The notes under the pieces are model-generated. The model did no database searches. It worked only from the letters and a program-made list of their open reading frames with translations, and was not told where the DNA came from. This document shows, in pieces, positions 36,196 through 44,462 of a stretch of 48,199 nucleotides of DNA (position 1 is the first letter of the stretch; the number at the start of each line of letters is the position of its first letter). This stretch comes from Bdellovibrionales bacterium. Its GTDB lineage: Bacteria > Bdellovibrionota > Bdellovibrionia > Bdellovibrionales > UBA1609. A program made the translations under genes and the position numbers. The stretch is taken from contig JALHOQ010000003.1 in the NCBI GenBank assembly GCA_022842925.1, forward strand, positions 1 to 48,199. The letters are read 5' to 3'.

Positions 36196-36369
36196 CAATC
36201 TCGAAATGGCTAGGTTATTTAAATTCACTCAGGCAACTGATTACAAAAGTCAGCGAAGTGAAAGTCCGAATTGAATCCCTTGAGGAGGCCCGAGACCAGG
36301 CGACGAAATCCATAGCGGTCGAGATTTCTCATCTCTCTCAGGCGCCAGATGCCCTCAGGGGCACCTGAA

Positions 36370-36546
36370 CTAAGGGCGCCCGTCGTCTTCTTCGTTATCC
36401 GGTTGGCCGTCTTCGTCGTTGTCGCGCTCGCAGTCGTCTTCGTAGGTTTCGCAATAACCGGGCTCCCGAGGCTCCGGCAGGTCGGGTTGTTCAGAATGCG
36501 CGTATAAACCGGTTAGGACAATTACGGATAGGATTAGCGATTTCAT
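36370..36546 (-). CDS. small exported acidic peptide (58 aa), below the ORF-track cutoff
   Basis: My own translation is MKSLILSVIVLTGLYAHSEQPDLPEPREPGYCETYEDDCERDNDEDGQPDNEEDDGRP*. ATG at 36546 preceded by GGGGGA. Lies 69 nt downstream of the cytochrome gene on the same strand. Confidence 0.5.
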   Translation of the reverse strand: MKSLILSVIVLTGLYAHSEQPDLPEPREPGYCETYEDDCERDNDEDGQPDNEEDDGRP

Positions 36547-36615
36547 AGGATTCCCCCTTCGGATTAAATAGGATCTAAAATTTGTCGGGTCAACACCCTC
36601 TCTAAAAGCCGATAT

Positions 36616-38220
36616 CTAAAGAGACACTCCATTAAAAGCTTCAATCATTTCCTTTAAGCTCTCGATTTCCTCGCGAGTTAAAGGATCGTCGGGCGGCATC
36701 TGGCCGCGCCCCGAACGTTGCACGCGATCCATGATTTTCTGTCCCCACTTTGCCGCCGGATCACGCAGAAGGCGAGCCAGCTCAAGCGAATTATCAAACG
36801 GAATCATTTTGGCATCGAAGTCAAAACCCTCGGTATGGCACTTGGCGCAGCGATTGATTACGGGGCGCTCCCTTTTGACGGCCGACATCGAAGTGAATTG
36901 TGTCGCCGCCGGGACGGATCGAGGCGCTTTTAAACTTCCCACTTTCAACTGCTCACAGTCGAATGCCAGCCAGCCGTTCTTTTCGGTGCCGAGAGTTTGC
37001 TCCGTATATTTTATTCCCCTGTACCATTCTGGTCGGAGTTCATTTAACACGGCGGTGGCGTCGAGAAGTACATTGCTTGGATTCCCTATAAAATAATCGT
37101 TGGCGATATGGCTGGTACTCAGATTTTGCAGGTTCACCCCAGCGGCGTCGAATACCGCGCGGATCATCGCCATGTCGACGGCTTCCCCTTTAAGCCGCTG
37201 ATGATCTATATTGAAGAGCACTTCTGGATTGGGAAATAGGACTTTGTGAAGCGCGACTTGCGTCGCCTTCATATGATCTCTCGCGGGAACAAGTGAGGCG
37301 TAAATTCGGTCGACTCGGGCTTGGAACTCCGCGCGCTCGTCTACGCGAAACATCTCGAGAAGCGAAGAAAGAGCTTGCGAATAGTCGGTGTCGAAACGGC
37401 TATGGCAAGAACTAAGCACCGACATCAGCGGAAAGCGCCAGCCGTTTAAATTCTGCGACTGCAGCGCATGATTCAGTTGGCTGGCCAGATTGATTTGGCC
37501 CACATATTGAGTGAACGGCGTGTTTTCTTCCTCAGGGCCGAGCTCGAGCTTCGGGAGTAAATTCAGGCGCTTTAATATCTCAGAGGAGCCGGCCGCGGCG
37601 CGAAGCCGATCATAAGCCGCCGTCTCTTGCTTGCTGTGCATCGCGCCGACTGCGCTGCCGAAGGCGTTCGGCCAAAAGTCATATGGATCCCAGAGCATTT
37701 TGGCCGGGCGACCATGACACGCGATACACGCTCTGGGATTGCGTTCGATCTTTACTCCGCCATTTTTGGCGAAGGTGATTTCGCTCAGCTGAATTGAATA
37801 GTCGACGGGCGAGGCCTCGAGCATTTCGACCTTTAGGGAGCGGTTCTCGGGGTGCTCCGAAAAGGTAAAGGCTTTTCCGCCGTCAAAGAGGATCACTCGC
37901 GGATGCTCGGTCGATGCGAACTGCAGGCTGGCCGAGTGGTGCAGAATTACGAAATGATCCTTTAGCGAAGGCGCTTGTTTGAACAGGTAATCCAAAAACT
38001 GCGGGTAAGTGTTGAATTGGGGCCGGTCGCGCTCGATTTCCGCTATCCCCGGAACCGGAACTTTAAATACGCCGCGGTCGGTGACCACGCCGCCCGTGAA
38101 AGTGTAGCTGTAGCGCACGAAACTCTCTTGCAAATCATAGGACTGCGCCCAGACTCCGGATGTAAAGAAAATCGCTACAGCAAGAATATTCTTCCCCACG
38201 GTCTCCCCCCCCGCGTCCAT
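36616..38220 (-). CDS. exported c-type cytochrome-like protein with two CxxCH motifs
   Basis: 534 aa. Signal-like NILAVAIFFTSGVWAQ. Haem-binding motifs CIACH and CAKCH. C-terminal GQMPPDDPLTREEIESL is typical of a cytochrome c domain end (Met ligand). Confidence 0.7.
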   Translation of the reverse strand: MDAGGETVGKNILAVAIFFTSGVWAQSYDLQESFVRYSYTFTGGVVTDRGVFKVPVPGIAEIERDRPQFNTYPQFLDYLFKQAPSLKDHFVILHHSASLQFASTEHPRVILFDGGKAFTFSEHPENRSLKVEMLEASPVDYSIQLSEITFAKNGGVKIERNPRACIACHGRPAKMLWDPYDFWPNAFGSAVGAMHSKQETAAYDRLRAAAGSSEILKRLNLLPKLELGPEEENTPFTQYVGQINLASQLNHALQSQNLNGWRFPLMSVLSSCHSRFDTDYSQALSSLLEMFRVDERAEFQARVDRIYASLVPARDHMKATQVALHKVLFPNPEVLFNIDHQRLKGEAVDMAMIRAVFDAAGVNLQNLSTSHIANDYFIGNPSNVLLDATAVLNELRPEWYRGIKYTEQTLGTEKNGWLAFDCEQLKVGSLKAPRSVPAATQFTSMSAVKRERPVINRCAKCHTEGFDFDAKMIPFDNSLELARLLRDPAAKWGQKIMDRVQRSGRGQMPPDDPLTREEIESLKEMIEAFNGVSL

Positions 38221-38388
38221 GCGGAATGGTTTGCGACATGGACTTTTAGGAAGACGGGAAGGGTAATTTTTTAATGTGCGAAATTAGAAAATCTTACTAC
38301 CGAGGAATAGACAATAGGTTCCTAAGACCAAATTTGCCGGTAGATGCCAAAATGACGTGTGGCGCAGAGAGCACCCTCCGGCACTCGG

Positions 38389-41151
38389 TCACGGCTGCAT
38401 ATTTAGAAAGCCATCGAGAATCACCATTTGCGGTGACTTCGGTTTTAGATAGCGCGCTTCCTTCTCAAACTCCTCCGACTCGAAAAAACCTTCATCGAAG
38501 GCCATGTTGAGTCGGCGAATCAGATCCTTAGAAACGGCCTCTTGTGGTTTCAGACCGGGATCTCGAGCCGAAAGCAATCGGTATCGGTGGAACCAACGGT
38601 CATAGTCCTTATAGGTCTTCAGATGATCGCCCTCGGAGCCGACGATCTTCAAAGCGCCCTTCTTAAGATGATCTACAAGTAACTTTTGGGCATCCTTAGA
38701 CAGGAAGTACAAAAGCTGCGTCAGATTGAGCAACCCCACTTCCGCCAGTGCGCTGCGAACAATTTTATCCGGATCCTCTCCAGCAGTGCGAAGCCGATCG
38801 TCCAAAGCGACCGCCAAACCCCTATAGTCCCGTCCATCATAAGACTTGTTCTGATTTGCCAGCTCGGTGGCCCATGCCCTCGCCGGCTCCTCCAACAATT
38901 CAAGAAAGTGCTGTTGGTGACCGTAGACATCGTGAATGGCAGATAGCCTCAATCCGCTTTGCAAGCGTGACACCATCTCTCTGTAATAAAACGAGGACTT
39001 TATAAAGTAGCTCGGCCACTTCCATAAGTGATGAAAATGGACGAGTTCCCTACTCAGAAACTCTACATTAATAAAGAGCTGATTGAGACGGAGAGCATTT
39101 ACCCTGTAATCACTCGCTCCTGTCGACTGCAATACAGACTTTAACACCGTTCGCAGAAGCTCCTCCTTAGCCTGCCGGGAAAGTTTTTCGTAGAAATCCT
39201 CTCCATTGCGTCCCCACCAGTTCTGCACGAGTCGACGTAGGGAACCCTCCGGTCCCTTCACAGCGCGCGGAAAACGCTTCGAAGTGGCAACAAATTCTTC
39301 ATACTGGCGGATGACGTTCTCCTCTGAGAATCCGTCCGATGAAGTGCGAAACTTGAGTAGCTCGGCCACAATGTCGTCGAGACCCGAGCCCCTCAGGCCT
39401 TCGCCATACAAATCGAGATCCGACTTCTGACGAGCTTGTTGCGTAACAAGGGAGGACCCTTGGAGGGCTTGAAATACCTGCAGCGCCTCTCGAACGGTCG
39501 ACTCATCGATTTTCATGGCCGTGAGCACGGAGACAACCGTCTTATCGTTTGTCAGGCGCAAAATCCGGCCGAGGCGCTGTAAAAACTGCCGAGGCCCCAC
39601 GTAACGGTTGAGGTCAATGTAAAGACTCAACCCCGGAACATCGATCCCCTCATCGAGTTGCTTCACTGTCACCAGATGATTGATTTTGCCGCTGCGCAAG
39701 TCTTGGCGAATCGAGATCTGTTCTTTAGGCGGCAAGCCTGAATGGAGTACGGCGAAGCGGAAATTTGCATCTTCGTTGCGGCTTGAAAGCGTTCGAAACA
39801 GAGCTTCCGCCTCCGCTTGAGTGGAAACCGAAGTAAAGCCAAACTTATGTTGTTTGGCATGTCGCATGACTTTTGCCGCCACAACGTCCATCTTTTCAGG
39901 CGCCAAAATATAGCGATCAAAATCCAGTCCCAAGGATCGAGTGCTTACAAACAGATCGTCAAACCCTCGGTTCAGAGTCAGTAATTGAATAAAGCCAATC
40001 GGGGATAGATCCCCTTGGGCCAAGGCTTGGTTAAGTTGATCCACAATGATCTGAAAAGAATAATCGACTGTCCGGCCTGGCTTACTAAAACTAGCCGCCG
40101 TGTCGACATAGGCCCAGAAGACGTTATCTTCAAAAAGATTCACAATAGATGTCTGCCGGTGAATCGGTGTGGCCGAGGTACCGTAAACGAAGCGGTCCTC
40201 GCCGCGGCTGTGAATTAGCCCGCTGACGATCTGCTTGGCATAATGAGCGCCCGCATGATGAACCTCGTCATAGCCGAAATATCCCACTCGTAGAAAAAAA
40301 TCATTTTGCTGATCGGGAGATAAAGAGAAAAAGGCATCACGAAGGCTCTGAATAGTAGTGACGACCAATATCGGCAAACCTTTGGGGCCATTTTTTTTGG
40401 CATCGTCCAACGCCTTTTGCAGTTCTGCTGGCTTCCCGTCGCCCCATATTCGCAAATCTACTGAAAGCCCCTTAATGCTTTGAATCTCCTGGACCAGTTG
40501 GGTCACGAGAAAATTGGAGTCGGCGACCACAAAATGGACTTTTTGTTTTGTAATCTGCAAAAATCGATCAAGTGAGACTTTCAAGATCTCGGTTTTGCCG
40601 GTACCCGTTGGCGACACGAACAAGAACGACCTCCGTCGCTCCTCCAACGACCATACTATCGATTTGACTGCCTCCTTTTGCGCCGGCCTGAGGACTTTCT
40701 TGCCAGTTACTTTGGCCTGCGGATGGGCGGCGTGACCGACCAACAATCGCTTGATCAATCCCTTTCTTTGCTCGGGCTTGAGTTCCCTCCACTTAAACCC
40801 TGTCGGGATTGAGAGTAGGCGCTCTCCTTCATATTGAATCTCAGGCTCCGTTAAATCGGGTCGACTCGACCACGCAACCCGAATTGAGGGTTGATCGGGA
40901 ATTAAAATCTCGATCTGCCCAGGAGCCAGTTCACGCCACTTGAATTCGGACTTAATCACGGGTTTTACAACATTCAGAAGAAAGTAACGTAACTGTGAGG
41001 CCGAGACTGGCGACGCCGGGCTAACCACCAACGCGTCGACACAGGATTGTGAGTTGTGGGCAAAACAGTTTGCACCAGACAGCAACATGAGGGCTGAACA
41101 AAACCGTCTAAAGTATCTCCAAAAGGAGACCATTCCGAGAATATTTTGCAC
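38389..41151 (-). CDS. SF2 DEVH-box helicase (ResIII + Helicase_C type) with N-terminal Sec-type signal peptide
   Basis: 920 aa. Motif I VSPTGTGKTE, II YDEVHH, III GTSATP, V QLDEGIDVPG, VI QRLGRILR. GTG start after AGGAAG. N-terminus FWRYFRRFCSALMLLSGANCFA followed by HNSQSCVDALV. Confidence 0.8.
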   Translation of the reverse strand: MQNILGMVSFWRYFRRFCSALMLLSGANCFAHNSQSCVDALVVSPASPVSASQLRYFLLNVVKPVIKSEFKWRELAPGQIEILIPDQPSIRVAWSSRPDLTEPEIQYEGERLLSIPTGFKWRELKPEQRKGLIKRLLVGHAAHPQAKVTGKKVLRPAQKEAVKSIVWSLEERRRSFLFVSPTGTGKTEILKVSLDRFLQITKQKVHFVVADSNFLVTQLVQEIQSIKGLSVDLRIWGDGKPAELQKALDDAKKNGPKGLPILVVTTIQSLRDAFFSLSPDQQNDFFLRVGYFGYDEVHHAGAHYAKQIVSGLIHSRGEDRFVYGTSATPIHRQTSIVNLFEDNVFWAYVDTAASFSKPGRTVDYSFQIIVDQLNQALAQGDLSPIGFIQLLTLNRGFDDLFVSTRSLGLDFDRYILAPEKMDVVAAKVMRHAKQHKFGFTSVSTQAEAEALFRTLSSRNEDANFRFAVLHSGLPPKEQISIRQDLRSGKINHLVTVKQLDEGIDVPGLSLYIDLNRYVGPRQFLQRLGRILRLTNDKTVVSVLTAMKIDESTVREALQVFQALQGSSLVTQQARQKSDLDLYGEGLRGSGLDDIVAELLKFRTSSDGFSEENVIRQYEEFVATSKRFPRAVKGPEGSLRRLVQNWWGRNGEDFYEKLSRQAKEELLRTVLKSVLQSTGASDYRVNALRLNQLFINVEFLSRELVHFHHLWKWPSYFIKSSFYYREMVSRLQSGLRLSAIHDVYGHQQHFLELLEEPARAWATELANQNKSYDGRDYRGLAVALDDRLRTAGEDPDKIVRSALAEVGLLNLTQLLYFLSKDAQKLLVDHLKKGALKIVGSEGDHLKTYKDYDRWFHRYRLLSARDPGLKPQEAVSKDLIRRLNMAFDEGFFESEEFEKEARYLKPKSPQMVILDGFLNMQP

Positions 41152-41232
41152 GCCCTGACTTCCTAGCTCGACTTCAATGGTTAGGGTTGTCGAAGTAGCA
41201 AAACGGCGGCCATGGAGATCAGGCGGCGGAGT

Positions 41233-41832
41233 TCAGCGCGGCTTTTGAAACTCCACCGCCACGCGCTCGAAGGCTCCCGGCGAACCCTTTGTATCGAGGA
41301 TAAAAACATGCGTGTAGCCATGAAGAACGGCCTGGCGTCCGGTCCAAGTCTTGCGGGCCGCTTCTTCGAGCGGAAGTCTTTGCGAGAGCCCATTGAACTG
41401 CGCGAGATTGTCGGAATCGCCTTCCCAATTGCCGAGCACCGCTTGAACCCGCGAGCCGAAGTAATCCAAGAAGAGTTTAAAAATGAGGTGACCGTCGAAG
41501 CCCGCCACCCGGCCGCCCCTGGGACCTTTCACATAAAGCCCCATCATCATCAAGTCGCGATCGAGCATTCGGGCCCAGGCATGGGGATAGCGCGTCTTAT
41601 GCTCGATGGTGATCCGGTCGTGGGTGGCGTCGATGGTAAAGCCAGCTCGGTTCAAGCCGATCATCGTGCGCGTGAGGCTGTTGCCCATCAGCCATTCGCA
41701 ATCCGCGGGCGGCTTATCGCCGCCCGCCTGAGCCTGGCTGAGCGGGCCTAGGCTCAAGCCGAGAGCGAGCAAAATGTACGCAAGAATGTAATTTGGCGCT
41801 ATTCGGCGCGGCGGGGGTGTGGTCAGGAGCAT
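41233..41832 (-). CDS. exported hypothetical protein (199 aa)
   Basis: Signal peptide ...ILAYILLALGLSLGPLSQAQA followed by PPADCEWLMG. Preferred over the antisense ORF 41212-41751, which has no features. Confidence 0.6.
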   Translation of the reverse strand: MLLTTPPPRRIAPNYILAYILLALGLSLGPLSQAQAGGDKPPADCEWLMGNSLTRTMIGLNRAGFTIDATHDRITIEHKTRYPHAWARMLDRDLMMMGLYVKGPRGGRVAGFDGHLIFKLFLDYFGSRVQAVLGNWEGDSDNLAQFNGLSQRLPLEEAARKTWTGRQAVLHGYTHVFILDTKGSPGAFERVAVEFQKPR

Positions 41833-41872
41833 GATCAGTGTTGCAAAGCATACTCCGGGCCAAAAGTGACTT

Positions 41873-41919
41873 GGCCTGGCCCGAGCCCGGCCCGGGCTCA
41901 GCTCTGTACGTACAGAGCT
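41873..41919. repeat. composite REP element (variant AGCTCTGTACGTACAGAGCT)
   Basis: GGCCTGGCCCGAGCCCGGCCCGGGCTC followed by AGCTCTGTACGTACAGAGCT, in a divergent intergenic region. Confidence 0.75.
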
Positions 41920-42042
41920 TTGTCATCCCTCGACCTTAGTTATACGAAAAAAGCGCACGGCCACCATGCCCTCGCGCCTCGCCCCCCCAAACTCGACTCG
42001 ACCGGCCTCAATCTCGTCGCTCGCGGCGCCGATAAATCTGAC

Positions 42043-42759
42043 ATGCCCGTATGCAAACGCATCGACATCGCCGCAGCCCTCTTTAGCGCCTTCTTCTTCA
42101 GCGCCACCCTCGCTCTTAGCAGTGCGGCTCATGGGCAATCGGCCAAACTGCCCTCGCTGCCCACCTCCGGCAAGCTCGGCCTTCAGGGCTCGATCGGCGC
42201 CGGCTTCACCGACTTCAGCGTGCAGGTGCCCTCTGACAATTTTGAAATCGACCGTGGAATTTTCGCCTCCGCTTCCATTGAGCGTGGCTTCGGCGCCCAG
42301 TTCTACCTCACGCTCAGCCTGAGCAATCTTTCGGCCGAGGGCCTGGGCAACTACTCGTACACCAACCTCGCGTCGACCACGACATACACGGCCACCGACG
42401 TGAAATTCCGCTCGAGTGTTCTCGATCTGGGGCTCGGTCTTAAGTTTAAACTGATCGACGGCTACCGGTTCCGCCCTTACATCGAGGCCGGCGGCGTCGG
42501 CGGTTATCATACAGTAAACTACAGTTCAAAGTTTGACGTGCTGGCCGCCCAGGGCAACGAGTATAAAAACAAAGACGTGGTCATGGGATCGGGCTACTAC
42601 GGCGAAGCGGGCATTGAGGTCATGTTCTCCAACGCGTTCGGCGTGAAGCTGGCCGCCCGTCAGTCGACCTATCAAACCAAGAAGCTCGAAACCTTGGCCA
42701 ACCGCCCCTTACGCTACGTGGCCGAGACATATTACTTCTCCCTTCTGTTCGGCATGTAG
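42043..42759 (+). CDS. outer-membrane beta-barrel protein (OmpA-N/OMP_b-brl-like, 238 aa)
   Basis: Trimmed to the ATG at 42043 because upstream codons translate the REP element. Signal peptide ...FFFSATLALSSAAHG. Alternating amphipathic strands and aromatic-rich ends. Confidence 0.65.
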   Translation: MPVCKRIDIAAALFSAFFFSATLALSSAAHGQSAKLPSLPTSGKLGLQGSIGAGFTDFSVQVPSDNFEIDRGIFASASIERGFGAQFYLTLSLSNLSAEGLGNYSYTNLASTTTYTATDVKFRSSVLDLGLGLKFKLIDGYRFRPYIEAGGVGGYHTVNYSSKFDVLAAQGNEYKNKDVVMGSGYYGEAGIEVMFSNAFGVKLAARQSTYQTKKLETLANRPLRYVAETYYFSLLFGM

Positions 42760-42775
42760 TAAGACCCAAATTCTG

Positions 42776-43228
42776 GTGAACAATAAAACTCGTGCGAATA
42801 GAATGTCCGCGCGCCTAGCGGCCGCAACTGAATTCTTTATTCAGCCGCTGCCGGTGATGGCGGTCATCGTTCTGTTTGTGAATGATCACTTTTTAAAAGC
42901 CCGATTTCACAATGCCGTCACGGGAAAGTTGAGCGACTTCGCCGGACTCTTTTTCTTTCCGTTATTCGCGTTATCGCTGATTTTTTTAATAGGTGGGCTA
43001 CTCCGGCAGAAGTGGCAGTTGGGCACGGTCAACCTTTTGCTCGCGATCCTACTGACTCATTTCTCTTTTGTCTTAATTAAACTCTGGGAACCGGCCACCA
43101 GCATCTACGTGATCGTGCATTCGGCTCTCGGAGTGAACTCCCAGGTCGTGCGCGATCCGACTGATCTTTGGGCTCTGTTGATGGCGCCGCTGACCTATTT
43201 CTACGCGCGGCGCTTTATTGTTCCTTAA
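42776..43228 (+). CDS. integral membrane protein (150 aa)
   Basis: At least 4 hydrophobic segments (PVMAVIVLFV, FAGLFFFPLFALSLIFLIGG, LLLAILLTHFSFVLI). GTG start is uncertain. Confidence 0.5.
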   Translation: MNNKTRANRMSARLAAATEFFIQPLPVMAVIVLFVNDHFLKARFHNAVTGKLSDFAGLFFFPLFALSLIFLIGGLLRQKWQLGTVNLLLAILLTHFSFVLIKLWEPATSIYVIVHSALGVNSQVVRDPTDLWALLMAPLTYFYARRFIVP

Positions 43229-43589
43229 GATAAATGGAGCACTTAAATGATCCATCATCAAAGCAAGAGTATATGGTGGGATGAGAGCCCCAGTTCAATT
43301 TATCTGGGTCGTTATAGGTGATCTTGCAGTTTCGGCTGGCACCGCCAACGGTGCCGGTCATATCGCTGGTGATGGTGTTCGCCGGAAAACCAAAGTCTGT
43401 GAAACCCACGCCCCCGGTTGTGATCGTGGCGGCCGACACCGAAACCGACTGATCGCGAACCGGCGTTACGCAGTCGGAGACCACGCGATAGGTGCCCGCC
43501 CAAGGCGTACCCGATCCGTCGGACGTGGCCACGACCGAGAACAAAGTGAAAATCAAGAACGCGACCGTAAGAAGATTTTTAAAAAACAT
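43215..43589 (-). CDS. small exported protein (124 aa)
   Basis: ATG at 43589 preceded by GGGAG. Signal peptide MFFKNLLTVAFLIFTLFSVVA. The start overlaps the end of the upstream OMP gene by 11 nt. Confidence 0.6.
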   Translation of the reverse strand: MFFKNLLTVAFLIFTLFSVVATSDGSGTPWAGTYRVVSDCVTPVRDQSVSVSAATITTGGVGFTDFGFPANTITSDMTGTVGGASRNCKITYNDPDKLNWGSHPTIYSCFDDGSFKCSIYLKEQ

Positions 43590-44268
43590 AGTCAACTCCC
43601 AAGGAGAGAGCATTGCCGCCATTGTTACGCGCATCAGAACTCAACGCCAGCTTCCAGTGAGGGGTGATTTCCCAAAATACAGCAGCCTCAAAAATCGTCG
43701 GCAAAAGCGGAAGCATCTCGGTGCCCGATTCGTTGGTCGAACGATTCCCTAAATCCTCGCTGAAACCCGAGGATTTAAACTTAGACGTCTTCTCGCCCCA
43801 CACCTCCGAATTCAAAGCGAAGGTGAAACCAAAAGGCCTGGCCCACAGCGGGCGCAATTCCACACCGAAGGCGGCGAGAAGCTGATTGAATGTGGACTCG
43901 ATACTCGATTTTCCGGTCCCCGAAAGCTCGGCTCGGCTTTTGAGATATTTGTACTCGGCGCCCAAAAAAAAGCGCACCTTGTGCCAGCTGCGGGGAAAAT
44001 TCCAAAACAGACCGGCCGAGTATTGCGGCGATCCACCGGCATCGTGCTTCCATGGCCCTTGGACGGCCGGATCCGCGTTTCGCGTGACCTGACCGATGCG
44101 AAGCTTAAACCGTCTACGCGGCCAGTCTTCCGGCCCAGAGGCGGCGGCCGCAGAATCGGCGGTCACCTGTGGTGCAGGTGGCGCAATCGCCGCGGGACTG
44201 GAAGGGCGTTCCTCTGCCGCAAAGATAGGCAGACTGAATAATAAGGGGATTAAACAACACCATTTCAT
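43579..44268 (-). CDS. outer-membrane beta-barrel protein (229 aa)
   Basis: Signal peptide MKWCCLIPLLFSLPIFAA. Ends in the OMP-type signature LSLGVDYVF with a terminal Phe. Confidence 0.65.
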   Translation of the reverse strand: MKWCCLIPLLFSLPIFAAEERPSSPAAIAPPAPQVTADSAAAASGPEDWPRRRFKLRIGQVTRNADPAVQGPWKHDAGGSPQYSAGLFWNFPRSWHKVRFFLGAEYKYLKSRAELSGTGKSSIESTFNQLLAAFGVELRPLWARPFGFTFALNSEVWGEKTSKFKSSGFSEDLGNRSTNESGTEMLPLLPTIFEAAVFWEITPHWKLALSSDARNNGGNALSLGVDYVF

Positions 44269-44462
44269 AATCACGTTATTAAAGGACAATAAGAGCGAAT
44301 TGCACAAGCCCAACCTTGTCCATTAGTCGCCCCATGTCGGGGGCGCAATTCCTCATCTGTCTGCTCTTGCGCGGAAGAGCTTAAAGTACATGGTGGCATA
44401 GGGGTTGCTCCCTTCCACTCTTGAATGCGAAACAATTTCGTTTCGCGATAAGGAGCGGTGCA

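Noticed and set aside
14423-41151. Reading the TA pair, Fic and the SF2 helicase together as one phage-defence island
   Set aside because: The three are 3-20 kb apart and separated by many unrelated exported-protein genes. The helicase carries a signal peptide and has no nuclease, methylase or sensor partner. I have no support for a single defence system.
41212-41751. 179-aa plus-strand ORF antisense to 41233-41832
   Set aside because: It has no signal peptide, motif or RBS. The opposite strand encodes a protein with a clear signal peptide and the shared Cys module. Only one of the two can be real, and the minus-strand ORF is favoured.
5522-41832. The conserved Cys after the signal peptide as a lipoprotein lipobox
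   Set aside because: Residues at -3 to -1 relative to the Cys (for example SD, ND, HAN, PPE, QS) violate the [LVI][ASTVI][GAS]C rule. The Cys lies up to ~13 residues past a good AxA signal-peptidase I site. The one true lipobox in the window (LTAC at 31253) looks different.
27633-41919. Whether the recurring palindromes are a CRISPR array
   Set aside because: The copies are kilobases apart, irregularly spaced and separated by genes, and each copy is itself palindromic. There are no cas genes. This is REP-like, not CRISPR.
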